The notes under the pieces were generated by a model that saw only the letters and a list, made by a program, of their open reading frames with translations, had not been told where the DNA came from and made no database searches. 64,000 nt of DNA from Camelus dromedarius (Eukaryota): positions 67,644,001 to 67,708,000 of the forward strand of contig NC_087436.1 in assembly GCF_036321535.1 (NCBI RefSeq), written 5' to 3'. The stretch's first letter is position 1. Each line of letters opens with the position of its first letter. Shown here one piece after another: positions 37,462 through 50,249 of this stretch. Position numbers and translations under genes: made by a program.

Positions 37462-38298
37462 AAAAGACATATTCTCAAATTCTTTTAGAGTAAGTGTAGG
37501 CTGTCAGTGACCATGAAAGAAGATACACACTTTGAAATGAGGTTATTAAGCTAAAATACGAAAGTAGATAAAAGCACAACAAACCAAATTTCCTTATTCT
37601 AGAGTTTCTTCAAACTTGACTTTGGTTTTAGTTATTTTTATTCCGAAGAAATGATTTTTTAATTGTCTCTCTTTCTCATCCTTCAATATTGACCAAAGTG
37701 ACTATTCTATCAATACAATAGTTTCTATATTTTCTGGGCAAAGAAATAAACTCCCCAGGTTTAATGGAAAGACTAAAAAAGTGTAAAGGCCAATCTAAAA
37801 CTCCTGAAGGAAATTTAGTACTGACACAGATTCTATTTAAATGTGGTGGGATTAGAAAAGCAAGAAAATAATTTCTTGCAAATTATCCATTTTATTTCAT
37901 TTAGATTTTATTAAAAATTTCTTAGTCAAGATCATAGTTTTCAAAGAGTCAACATTATCATCAAAGTTTGCCTGTCATGTGATAGAAACACAATACATTT
38001 TCAGAATTACCAGACCTACAGTATTTATATGTACGGTATCTAGAACAGAAATATGCCAAAGTCTGTTATTTCCCATCTCATTGTCAAAATTATATTAATT
38101 CAAAGCCCAAATAAATATGACCTGTCAATAGCCAGAGGACTTTAGTAACAGACATAAGACTAGAAGAAAAAAAATCTTCCAACTTCAAGTTCTGTGCTTC
38201 CTCATTATAATACTAAAAATGTTCTTAATTAGTTCCCATCCCAGATGCATTTGGCAAACATCTATTAATCTATTATGAGATGCATGCTAAACTAAATA

Positions 38299-38607
38299 CA
38301 GATTTTTAATTCCAAGTCACAATCCCATTCTCAAAATCTCTCTGAAAATGGAAAGATTTTTTTTCTATGTTTACAATAAACATTTTGATGACAAATGCTG
38401 ATCTGAAGTGAAAAGAGGCTATTTATAGTCCCACATATTGCAAATATTCATATCTTCCACTGCATAAATATGAATCATTATGGGGTGCTGCCCCAGATCC
38501 TGATGGGAGTGTTACACAATAAACTTAGCCAATATCTTATCTTTGCTAAAAAAAAAAAAAAATTCTGAAGTACATCTCATTTTTGTTTTGAAAGGATTTC
38601 AGACCTG
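38299..38607 (-). mobile_element. Tigger-family MITE (MER46C-like)
   Basis: TA-cag...cctg-TA termini; internal gaggctatttatagtc and ggggtgctgccccagatcc match recalled MER46C. Confidence 0.8.
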
Positions 38608-39899
38608 TACTAAAATCAATTTCTAAATATTAGTGGTTATAAAAAAAAATATATTTACAGGGGTGTCACACAAGTTGTGGCTTGTATTATGTAAAATCAT
38701 TTCTTTTAGCTTAGAGATTAAATTACGAATTCTGTTTCATTTATTGCATAAACAATACATTATTTCTTGTTCTTGTAATATGTAGATAAGTATTTATTTT
38801 GTTGGTTTATCATTGTTTTTGGTTTAACAACATAAAGGAATTCCAGTTCTTAGTTCATTTCTATTCTCAACTTGCCAACAAATCTAATCCTGTATATACA
38901 CATAAATGCCAGAAGTACAGCCTGTTATGCATGAAGGAAAAAGATGACATTTTTTTCAACTACAATAGATTAATGGCAATAGATTAAAATAAACTGTTAA
39001 AAATGTGGCATGATATTAACGAAGTCCCTAATAGTCCCTGTTTCCCAATTGCTTGAATAAGAAAGCAGGTATAACTAAAGTTAATTGGGCCATTAACCTA
39101 GAACAACAAAAACCTCTTAAAGCACTTTCTCATGTTTTACATCTTCCCAAACAAAACCATCTTTAATATGTACCATGAGGAAATTGAAAATGTAAATTAA
39201 TGGAATAATGTGCTCAGCTTCACAGAATCACCCTGAGACCTCCTGGGAAAATGTGCCTTGTGATAGATATTCCTCTTTCCATGTACAGACAGATCATCAA
39301 TTCCCTAAAATTGATTAAATTAAAGAATGTTCTCCCATGATGATGAGTAGTCTTATTTGGCTACTAAACTATAATCAAGTAAAACTCAGTTGGATATATT
39401 TATTATAAATTTTTCCCACAATAAATAAATAATAAAACGAACAACATGCTAGTGACAATCTATCCAGGTCTGAGGAAAGCTTTTGTCTTACACAAAGCTA
39501 TTGATTTACAAGGACAGCACAGGTAGAAGGAGCAGAGAACTACTGAAATGGATGGGAAATAGGTTCAAATGTGGATACAGACAGTGCCAATAAAAGAATT
39601 AACAAACAGCAAACAGCCTTCACCCCTCCAAAAAAAATCTGGATAGATCAGATAGCAGAGGACATTCAAGGAGAGGAGGCAATTTTAGGTAGGATCATCT
39701 TTGCTATTATTTGACTTTGAGAAAAATCTTCCAAAAATAATCAGATTAAGTATAAGAATGGTTCATATATATATATATATAGTTTGATACATATATAATT
39801 TTATATACACTTTATATATATTTTAATTTAGGTATTTATCCCAATTATCTTTATAAGTAAGGAATTAGTTGGCTGACTTTCAATTTTAAAATTTACTTT

Positions 39900-40380
39900 T
39901 ATACATCATGATGCTTTAAATAGGAATACTCAGAGAATCACAATTCAAAATAGCTAAAACATCAAAAAATTCTATTTTCTCAAAGTTCCCAAATTTAGCA
40001 TAGACCTCCCCCCACAAGATATAATTTGATCAGCAATTCAGTAATATCATCAAAGACCTAGATCCTTTTCATCTTTCTATTATAATGTTCTCATCATTAC
40101 CTTCTATTTTCCCTTGTGGTTGCCCAATGCCTGCCATTATTTTGGGGGGCAAGGGCCAGATATAAGCATCTGATATCCTAATGATCAAGAAGTCATCCAT
40201 CTCTGTGTTTTTCTATGAGGAATGAGAAAATCTTTCTGGGAACATCTAATATTATTTTAATTTATGATTCCATGGACAGAACTAGAATACATGTCCATTC
40301 CTATCACAGTCACTGACAAGAAAAAAAGACATGTATTTGGCTGGCTACAGACAGCCTTCTAAGATTACATGGATGCTGGG
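39900..40380 (-). mobile_element. Old MaLR LTR (MLT1K/L-like)
   Basis: tcatcaaagacctagatccttttcatcttt, ggacagaactagaatacatgtccattccta, agtcactgacaag. Confidence 0.55.
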
Positions 40381-42139
40381 AGGTATACCACTGTGACCCC
40401 TAAGTAAATGCTTTATACTTTAACACAATTTTAGAAAGTTTTAAAATATTTTATAGCAAACTCCAGATTGTTTTCTGTGTTGTTAGAAATACAAAATATC
40501 TGGTGATAAATTTGGCGACATGTTTAGTGACATGTAAGTCTGCAAAAATTTCAGAGTAAAAGCTTAAGACAACTAAAAGGACTTAGGTATTTCTGAATTA
40601 CATGTAGTTTGAATTATTTTATGCATGTAGAATTGTCATTTCCTTTTTCACTTGTCATGGGAAAACTAAAATACTCCAGGATCCCCATTTATTTATATCT
40701 TCAGTATGCTCAGTCTTGTATCTTCAGTATGTTCAGTCTTACTTTCCTGACTCACTTACTTATTTTTTGTTTGTTGCAGCTTTTAATTAACGTTTAACTC
40801 TATGATAATCATTGTGCTGGCCCACCAAGCATTCCTCAGCCTTTTGTTTTCCTTTGCAAGTCTACACTCCAACTTGACATTTTCTTTATGTAATTCTAAT
40901 TCTTGCCACTTTTCCTATTTTGTGAAATCATTTCTAAAAGGATATCTTTAAAACTTATACCCCCAAAATAAAGCATTAGGTCTGAAAACTACATTTCTTT
41001 AAAATACATCATGTATGTAGACCAAGAATAATGTACTTCAAAATGGAGCAATAAAGAAATTCAGAAAGCACAGGTGTAGTATCATGTTATTTACTCTAAT
41101 TATTCTTACTTAGATTTACTATTTCTGATCTTTTGGAGAAATAAAATGCGTTCTATCTGTATATTTAGTGGTTATCAATGATTACCAAGAGAAATTCCCT
41201 TTCATTTGCAATTACCTTTTTTTTCTATGCACCTTTAGGAGAATCCCCTGATTTTGCATTTGTTTTTAAAAAGTAAAGCATACAGCACATTCATTATGTA
41301 CTTTACACATTGTTTATTAAAAATCCACTAACATTTGCTTCAAAAAATTAAGGGTTCTTTGATAACAATAAAGAATCTGAAATTAGCACTCAAAAACCCC
41401 AGATATCTAGATATATGCTCCTGGGTTTAGTATTTCAGTATTACTGTGAAGCCACTCAGGCTGCTATCCAATCTTGTTGTGTCCTTCTTTAATGCAAGGC
41501 TGATGTAGGAAGAGCTGCTATTAAATCGTAAAGCAGTGTCTCAGTAAGGCATCCATGAATCTCACTGAGGCCTGTCAAAATCAAGCAGCTAATAATCCTA
41601 TAGACACCCTAGAAAGCACAGTGCATGTGAGCCCAGGGTGAAGAGTTTATCTTTATTACCCCCTTTAAAGTATCTCTCTATCTTGTTGAATTGAACACAT
41701 CAGATGACCCTATGGCCACATGATCTATGCTCAGGATAGAGAAAAATGAGTAGAACTTGTAAGACTATCTGTTGCTGTCGACAAAGCTAAACTTCCGAAC
41801 AAGACATCACTTACTTTAGCGTAAAGAGCAGAGAAACAGGCATCCGAATATCTGAGTTTTGAGAACTCTTCCCCACTTACTCGCTTTTCGATAGCAGTAT
41901 GCGTACCTGTCAGATATTAACTACCGAGTACATGGAATAAAACCCAGGCTGAGAAACCTAGGTTGAAAGGATGAGAATATGTAATTAGTGTAAACCAGAA
42001 GTAGACAAGTCTCCTGAACTACTGGGGTTATTCTTTCTCTTAATACTAAATAGCACAGTTCCAGTTTCCTTTCCAAGTCCTATGGGAAGCTCAACACTGG
42101 GGCCACTCTTAGGACAAAGGGGCTTCTTGACAGAAGTTT

Positions 42140-42158
42140 TGTGTGTGTGTGTGTGTGT
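42140..42158. repeat. (TG)n microsatellite
   Basis: Seen directly. Confidence 0.9.
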
Positions 42159-42749
42159 TTTAATATTCTTTATTGTCAAATATGTTATTGCTCAATAATT
42201 TCACATCTCCCATCACAATAAAAAGTTTATTTTATTATTCACAGTGGCATGGCTGTTTGGAACTTGCTCGTAACAATACAGATCTTCCTGCCTCTGAAGT
42301 ATCCTAATTTCATATATTTCATGTTAGTTACAGCACTACCTGACACTGCTCCCTCTACCATGCCTGCCATGCAAACTGGCTTCCACTGGTGGCTTCAATG
42401 GCTGTTACTGGGCCTCCCAGATGATGACCACAAATGCAAGTCTTCCACAGAGCATGCAAAAATGTCAATAGTAATTTATTTTCTGGTCATCTTAAATTTG
42501 CAGTTTCAAATTTTATGCTGCAAACACAGAATAATGCATCTTGCAACCATGTTTCTCTTGAACTTGAAAAACGTGATATATTTCCTCAGAAGTTTAAGCT
42601 TTTCTCTTACTATTGGTTGCTCGGGGGAAGCATCTTGGTGTGCTGTAGACCAAGATGGCTTAAATTCAAACTAACATGTAATTTAATCAGCAGAATAATC
42701 TTTTCTGTGTTTAATATGTTCATTACTTGTTAAGAACCTCTTTCAATTT

Positions 42750-42840
42750 GTCTTAAGAGATAATATTCTATGATACAGGCATCTTATTCCCATTTCATAA
42801 GTGAAAAACTGAGGCTTAGAGATGCTTAACTAAGAAAACT
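42750..42840 (-). mobile_element. MIR SINE core
   Basis: attcccatttcataagtgaaaaactgaggcttagaga. Confidence 0.8.
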
Positions 42841-43046
42841 AATGTGACCAAAATGGAACAACTTTAATTTGTCTGATAATAATTTAAATTTGAATAATTT
42901 AAAGTATATGATAGAGAATTTCAAAACTTGTCTTGCACTCCTATACCAAATATCAGATGTCAATATCTGTGATTAATTAATTTAGCATATTTCATCAAAT
43001 TTATGACACTGAAGACTATTGAAAAGAAAAAAGTTGTATGTGACAA

Positions 43047-43380
43047 TGTTACAGACTGAACTGTTGCTCCCCAAAATTCATATGTTGAAGCTTTGACCCA
43101 TCTTGTGATTGTATTTGGAGATAGGTCCTTCAAGAAAGTCATCAAAGTTAAATGAGGTCATAAGAGCGAGGCCCTAATCCAGTAGGACTTGTGTTCATAT
43201 AATGGGAGATAAGGTCATGTGAAAAGGTAATCATCCCTAAACCAGGAAGAGAGGTCTCACCAGAAACCAAACTCACCAACACATTGATTTTGGGTTTCTA
43301 GGCCTCAGAACTGTGATACAACAAATTTGTTCAAGTCACCCCATCTGTGGTATTCTGTTATGAGAGCCTGAGCTAATACA
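43047..43380 (+). mobile_element. MaLR solo LTR (MLT1A-like)
   Basis: TG...CA ends, perfect 5-bp TSD gacaa (43042-43046, 43381-43385); ccccaaaattcatatgttgaag, gttaaatgaggtcataag. Confidence 0.93.
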
Positions 43381-43699
43381 GACAATAAAATGATCTTGCA
43401 CTATTTCACATAATTTGACATTTTTACTGTTAAAAGTTTTTAAAAACTCTATGAAAAGAAAATTAAAGTTGCAGATTTTAGTGAAACAATGCAGATTCTG
43501 TCCTTATTAATGAGTTTGATACTCATGTTATTTATGAGCTGTATCTTGAGAATAAAAATAGTACGAAAAAAAGATGAAAACAATATTCTTAGAGTACTTT
43601 TAATGTTTTACCATGCCTTGGTAAAAGTGTGTTTTCTCTAATTTTACATTATGTGATAGTAATGGATTTCAAATAGAATAGAGATATCCAGTCAATCTG

Positions 43700-43830
43700 G
43701 CCAATATTTTTTTATAAGAGGACACCAAGGTCCACAGAAGTTAAGTGATTTGTTAAAGGTCAGAATTAAGTCCTGGCAAATATAGGATTATAACCAGTCT
43801 ACTATATCCAGTTAGTGTCCCTATCTGCTG
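43700..43830 (-). mobile_element. MIR-family fragment
   Basis: gaggacaccaaggtccacagaagttaagtgatttgttaaaggtca. Confidence 0.65.
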
Positions 43831-44223
43831 CTTTCTTAAATACCTGCTCTCAGATAGAATGTATTTTATATATGAACTGGGAAAATGAGGTAAGTTTTAT
43901 ATAGATTCAAAAAGATCAGAAAAAACATAATGGCCTCTAGGAGGTTTTATAGTGAAACTAATTTGGGAATATCAATGCTACATTTTTCTCTTACAATCTG
44001 CTCTACTGTATGTGACATCTACCCATTCCTCTCCTGCAACTTGGAACTACATCATTTGAACTATATGGTTCCTGAGGTTCCCGAGCAGGAAAGGAGAGAG
44101 ATGAAGCAATGGGTCCCAGTTACCTTAGCCTACACATCATTTTTGCTCTCAGTTTATTGAAAAGGACCAGTCAAATGACTCCAACTTAAATATAAAGGTG
44201 TCTGTGAAGATGCCCATGGTGGG

Positions 44224-44614
44224 TGCCATGGATTGAATTGTATCCCCCCCAGCATTCATATGTTGAAGGCATAACCCCCAGTGTAATAGTGTTTGGAGAT
44301 AGAACTTATAAGGAGGTAATTAAGGTTAAATGGAGTCACAAGAATGGAGCCCTCATCCAATAGGACTTGTAGCCTTATAAGAAGAGACAGCATAGATCTC
44401 ACTGTATCCATCTCTAGATGCAAAAAGAAGAGGACATGTAGGCACACCATGAGATGATGGATGACTACACACCAAGAGAAAAGGCTTCAGAATGAAACCT
44501 ACCTTGCCAGCACCTTAGACTTCCTAGCCTCTAGAATCATGTGAAATAAATTTCTGTCATTTAGGCCACTCTGTCTGGGCTATTTAGTTATGGCAGCCCA
44601 AGCTGGCTAATACA
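44224..44614 (+). mobile_element. MaLR solo LTR (MLT1A-like)
   Basis: TG...CA ends, TSD gtggg/gaggg (4 of 5); aataaatttctg poly(A) signal; terminal gttatggcagcccaagctggctaataca. Confidence 0.92.
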
Positions 44615-44849
44615 GAGGGATGATGAAAACTTTTTTGTCTCTCTCCTTTTCCTTTTTGGTTATTATTGTTGTTTTTGTTATTAGTTTAGTTTACAGTCTC
44701 CTTTGCCATATTGGAAATTAGATGCAAGCAGACCATATTCTTTGATTAGAAGTTTTCCTTGTCAATAGCAGATGCATCATAGATAAATATCCTTTTCCAT
44801 TTAGAAAATTTTCACATTGTATGGATACAGCTTTGGGTCAGGAAAGCCA

Positions 44850-44955
44850 GTGCAATTTATAGGTTAAGAACACAGACTCTGAAAGTAATCTGTCTGGATT
44901 TGCATTCTAGCTCTACCACTTTCTAGTGAAGGACTTTGGAAAAATCACCTTCCTG
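44850..44955 (+). mobile_element. MIR SINE 5' part
   Basis: ggttaagaacacagactctg...ctagctctaccactttctag. Confidence 0.7.
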
Positions 44956-45047
44956 CCTAAAGTGAACATAAGCCCTAGTAAAGGGACTAAGACGATACAT
45001 CGCAGCCTCAAGTCCTTACCCATTAGCACTGTGAGTAACTTACCCAT

Positions 45048-45377
45048 CAGCATTGTGGCAAACTTCCTTAAAGTCAGATAAGAAGTGTTCTTGGTTCTGT
45101 GGCCATAGAGCTTTTATCACGAGTACCCATCCAACACCGCCATTACAGCAGTGAAAGCAGCCACAGATAATACATAAATGAATGATCACGATGGTAATCA
45201 AGCAGAACTTTATCATCATGGAAGGTTGAATTTCATATAATTTTCACGTGTCACAATGTGCTATTCCACTTTTGATTTTCTTCCCAAAGGACTGCAAATA
45301 TAAAGGCCATTCTTAGCTCATGGAGTATGTAAAAACAAGAGTGGGCAGGATTTATCCTATAGTTTGCCATCCCCTCC
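45048..45377 (-). mobile_element. hAT-Charlie MITE (MER58B-like)
   Basis: Inverted ends ggcaaact / agtttgcc; internal gaaagcagccacagataatacataaatgaatg and ttgaatttcatataattttcacgtgtcac. Confidence 0.85.
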
Positions 45378-46243
45378 TTATAAAATACAAAAGTTGAGTT
45401 ATGACATCTAATAGGTCTTATATCAGAAACTAATTTTAACATTTTTTAAGACTACTCTGGAATGAACAGTGAAACCGGCTTCAGATAAGGCATTGACCAT
45501 TAGCATCAGAGCACAACCACCAAATATGATGCAATTATTTTTTTTTAAAGAGGAAGAAACCCTGTGACTGATGAATATATTCATACTCATACATGTAATG
45601 GCTAACTCAAAAATAAATTTAAGAGGAGAATGTAGTGAATGTGATATTATTTGGAAAGGACATAATAATTCCTGCATGTGCAAATTTTACTGGAATTTTC
45701 AGAGTACAGTGTGCCAACTGGGAGAAACTTATCCCTTAAGAAGAGTTGTTTATGACATGAAAAGTGCTCTTTAAATATCACTTGGGACCACCAAAACACT
45801 TGCTTGAAATACACATGGTTACTGTGCATCTTAATGGGCTTAACTGAAGAGTTTAATAAATTAAGATCTGGCAGAAGTAATTGAAAAAGTGATTGATAAT
45901 GCTAATAATATGTTGAAAGCATTAAAGATCTAGAAGTAGCTAATTCTATGGATATCTTGGGAGGTTGTAGGTAATTATGACAGTGGTTATGTCAGCTCAA
46001 AGCCAAACATCTGGTTGCAGAGTGAAACATTCACTCAATTATTCCAAAGCTTTCATGTTCAGGACAAACATCTGAATGATTAAGTGGAATATTCACCTTT
46101 TATTTAAATTGGTAGAACCTATGAATTACATTACAGTGGAGGCTCTAATATAGGAATGAAAATGAGTCAGATGCTCTGAGCTGCCTTTTGTAATAGATAC
46201 AAATCCTTTTATGCTGAAATTTAGTAGCTTGTATATTAGAAGA

Positions 46244-46295
46244 TAACAATGATGACTATAATATGTAAGGTAACAATGATGACTATAATATGTAA
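46244..46295. repeat. Perfect 25-bp tandem duplication (period 27)
   Basis: taacaatgatgactataatatgtaa at 46244-46268 and 46271-46295. Confidence 0.95.
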
Positions 46296-47769
46296 TAGAA
46301 GTAGCAACATTAATAGAATAAATCAACACCCTGTGATCTGCATTCTTCTGTTATTTTCTCCAACTCTCAACCCTGATCTAGGTGAGGAAATGATGCCAGT
46401 TGAAAACTAAGCCATAAAGTAGCTTTCTCAATGTTACCCAAAATAAGGGGCAGAGGAAGATTAATCTTCAATATTATGATTCCTAAAAAGACCAAATTCT
46501 TCAATATTTGCACATGTTGCATGGCTTACAAATGGATGGACTCTTTACCTTTGCACATAGCGTTCTGCAGGCTTTTTCATAACAAATTATACTTAAAGGA
46601 AATTAGAGATATAGAGTGAGTTGGGGTTACAGAGCTAGTAAATAACAGGTGCTAGATGCAAACACAGGCTTTTGTGACCCTGATTTAAAATGTCATTTTG
46701 TGTAAAATACATGAAGAAATCATGTGATAAAATCCATGTGATTAATTTATATTCAAATTAAGTTCTAAATAGAAAAATAAAATAAAACTACTCTTAAGAG
46801 TTGATATATTAGTAAGACACCAGAAATGACTTAGTATAAATGTATGACCTACATTTAGGGACAGTGAAAACACTAAAACATGATCATTGTAAGTAGTTTC
46901 CAATCAAATATATCAATTTCCAATCAATTAATTATACTAGCATTTATAGTTTCAAAACTGTAACCTTTCAAAAGTGTTTTGTTATTTTACTCATCCAAAT
47001 ATATGCAGAAACTCTTTTGAGTTCTGAATCAGCATTCAGTAAAGCATCCAGTAGAGTGTAGGACTTTAATACATGCTTATTGAAGTCAACCAGTAACAAA
47101 TCATACAGGAAAACCTGCCATTTACTAGGGAGTATTGTTCTTTCTAACTACAAAGTTACCACTTTTGGAGAGCAAATGTTTTCAGCTAAACTCGCCAATC
47201 TTAACCTTATTTAATTCAAAATGTTACCAAGTTGGATTAAACAGTGTATTAGTCAGAAGAGACCCAAATTTTATCAGTTCTCTCAAATCAATTCCATTTT
47301 CACAAAACAAGTATCTGCCACATCAAAGGAATGTGGCTCTGGTAGCCCAAAAAAGAATACATCACCCATGACAATTATTTTGAAGTGGAGGGAAGAAAAA
47401 AAACTGTCACTTACAGGCAGAAGGTTAAAAAAGGTTGTAAAAATATCTGTATCATTACATTTTATTCCTGCACCAGGCATAGATGCACAATTAAAGGAGA
47501 AGAGAAGGGTAACCTTATAAAGGACGTATCAATTGTACAAACTAGTTGCAAAAAGTGGTATAAAAAAAGTCTTCATTTAGGATTTGTTTATTGATTTGTA
47601 TTTAGTTCTAACCAACAGACTAATAAGTAAAGGTTACTGTTATTTGCGTATTTTAAAAAAAAAATTGCAGGTACAGATTTACTTAAATGTGTGTTTTAAA
47701 GAAAAGCATGAAATTAAAATAAAAAATAAGGACTACATGTTAAATATATTTTGCACAATCTGCTATAAT

Positions 47770-48520
47770 ATTAATAGTCCATTTAATTTAGTTCTCAGTC
47801 CTCAACTTAATTGACCTTTCAGCATCATTTGAGACTGCTGATTGCTTGCTCTTCACAGATGTACTGTTTTCAACTGGCTTCCAGGACATAACTTTCTTTG
47901 GTTTATGTTTTCCCTTTTATATAGCACTGATAATAAGCATCCTCTGCAGCTTCCTTGTTTCTCCTAGGCCTTTTAATGTTAAAGTAAGTACCCCTGATTC
48001 AGTTCTTTAGGGCTTCTTTTTAATTTCTGCACTCATTCTCTTAGTAATCTGATCCAATCCCATCTCTTTAAATACCATTAATATGGGGATGCTCCCAGTT
48101 TTATTTCTCCAGCAGACTTCCTTTCCAAATTCTTACTTTTATATGCCCAACTTCATCTATAAAGATTATAATTTCCATATTCCAAATTTGAACCATTAGT
48201 ATTGCCTCCAAACTTGCCCTTCCAAGAGTCTACCACACTTCAATTGATAGCCGTTGTAGTCTTCGGGTTGCCAAGTCTAAAACTCTTGCAGTCATGCTTG
48301 GTTTCTTTCATTATCTCACATGCTACATCTAATTCATCAGTAAACCCTGTGGGATCTATTTCCAAAGCAGGACCAAACCATTTCTCATCAAATCTATAGC
48401 CACAAGTTGTCTGAACTATATTTATTCCTCACGGAAGTAAAGGCTTTAGCTTTATAAAAGCTCTTTTACTTCTATTTTATACCACTACAGTCTAATTTCA
48501 ACACAGCAGCCAAAGTAATT
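47770..48520 (+). mobile_element. L2 (RT region to 3' part)
   Basis: attgacctttcagcatcatttgagactgctgat = IDLSASFETAD (LDLSAAFDTVD-like); later tcaacacagcagccaaagt. Confidence 0.8.
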
Positions 48521-50249
48521 TCTCAGGCAGAAGGAGTAAATCATAACAAAGAATTTCTTGGGATGGCCAAACAAAAATGTGTATCTAGGTATTTCAGTTT
48601 AATCTTATTATATTCCATTACCTGAGGTTCATGATGAATAATAAGACATTATATTATTGAATGTTATGGAAAAACAATTACAGATAAGAGAAAACATGAT
48701 AAAAACAGGATATCTAAATCAGATTATGTGTAAAATAAAAACGGACAACTTTGGAAGAGTCCCATTGGTCTCTCTCATTGACCTCCCTAATATTTACTTG
48801 CTGATATGGCAAGTTAGCTAATTTCAGTATTACCTATGATTTTTAATACCCATAGAATAGAAAAATTAGAAGGAATGAGGCTATTTCTTCCTGTTCTCCA
48901 CCTTCCACCCATAGGAAAATGAAATTTGAGTCAAGCAGGACTTTGGGTCCTAAAGAATTGGGGTTTCAATTGCCCCCAGGGTAGAAATAATGGGTTTTCT
49001 TTTTTAAAAGAGAAGAATAAGTCCAAGAGAAAAGTTTTACAATATGAAACTTGAAAGTTAGGGGGTTTAATACTATCTGACTTGGGAAATTTCTGACGGA
49101 GAGGTGATGTCTGCAGATTCCTGGAATAGTGAGGAATGATTCTTTCTTCTACTAAAGAATACAGGGCAGGTGACAGAAACTCAGAAGATTAATTGCAAGC
49201 TTAATATAAGTAGGAAAAGACCTCTTTGGGGAAAGACTGTGTAGCCTCCTTGACACAGAAGCAGTGGAAGCTTCTTGTCCCTCCCTTTTTGGGGAACTCT
49301 GCAAACTTGGATGAAAAGGAAATTAAGTGGTCCAATGAATACTGAAATTTAAATTCCCATCCACATGTGAAATGGAGACTCAGGATAACTTAGATTTGTT
49401 TAAAAAGAATAAAATAAATGTAACTTTCCCTGCATCTCAATATTGTAGTAGAATAACCATCATAACCTCCACAGCAGATCCACTCCATGCAGAGCAGATT
49501 AAAATGCAGAGGACTAGACCACATTTGGACATGTAACATGGGATTCATCAAAAACAGACAATTAAAAATTCTGCCCTGGATATAAGAATATGCTTTCTCA
49601 GTGAACATCTCTGCAATCACAGCATCAACAGTGGTACCTGAGCACAGGCTCAAGAGGGAAAAGACAGGAAATCCAAGTAAGCATATATTACAGAAAAACG
49701 ACACTCATCTTTCATTAAAAAATTGTCACTGGAAGAAGCAGCCTGGAATTTTACTTATTGAATATCCAATCATTTTTTAAAAGTGCATTTCAGGGAGAAT
49801 TCCATTCTAATATAGAAAGAAATATTCCAAATGATATAAGGTCCAAGTTAAATAAAGCTAACTATCCATTTGCAACATAATTGACAGCATTCCTGACAAA
49901 AAGGTGTTATTTATCTGAACAGTTAAATGGCCTTCAAACTACTGCTTCAATCATAAAGAAATTAATTTAAAAATTTAAGATTGCACAGCATCCTATGTGG
50001 CATTCATGCATGCTGGTCATTACGAAGTTTTTGTTTGTGTATTTTACAAAAATATTCAGTAGAATGTCATCATGTAAAGCTTTATTAAAACACTGGTAAA
50101 TATTTATGCCTCTTTTTTCCTTATTGAAGATTGAGTTGCATGCCATGAATCGAAAAGAAAAATAAATCTAATCTTATATAACACTGCTCTCCAATTAGCT
50201 CAAAACTGGTATAAATGTAATAAAGAGTACCAAAGGGCTCTTTAATTTT

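Noticed and set aside
39333..39476. C/D-box snoRNA (ATGATGA 39337-39343, CTGA 39470-39473, short terminal stem)
   Set aside because: Interior is low-complexity AT-rich, no C'/D' boxes or rRNA antisense element evident; such motif pairs are expected by chance.
43047..44614. Two same-orientation MLT1A-like LTRs 843 bp apart as one provirus
   Set aside because: Each has its own TSD (gacaa; gtggg/gaggg), they differ internally, and the spacer holds MIR rather than MaLR internal sequence.
46244..46295. CRISPR-like direct repeats
   Set aside because: Only two adjacent copies with a 2-nt gap, no spacers, no cas genes, mammalian context.
49390..49704. 104-aa minus-strand ORF as a coding exon
   Set aside because: No recognisable domain, non-ATG start, and no convincing paired splice sites.
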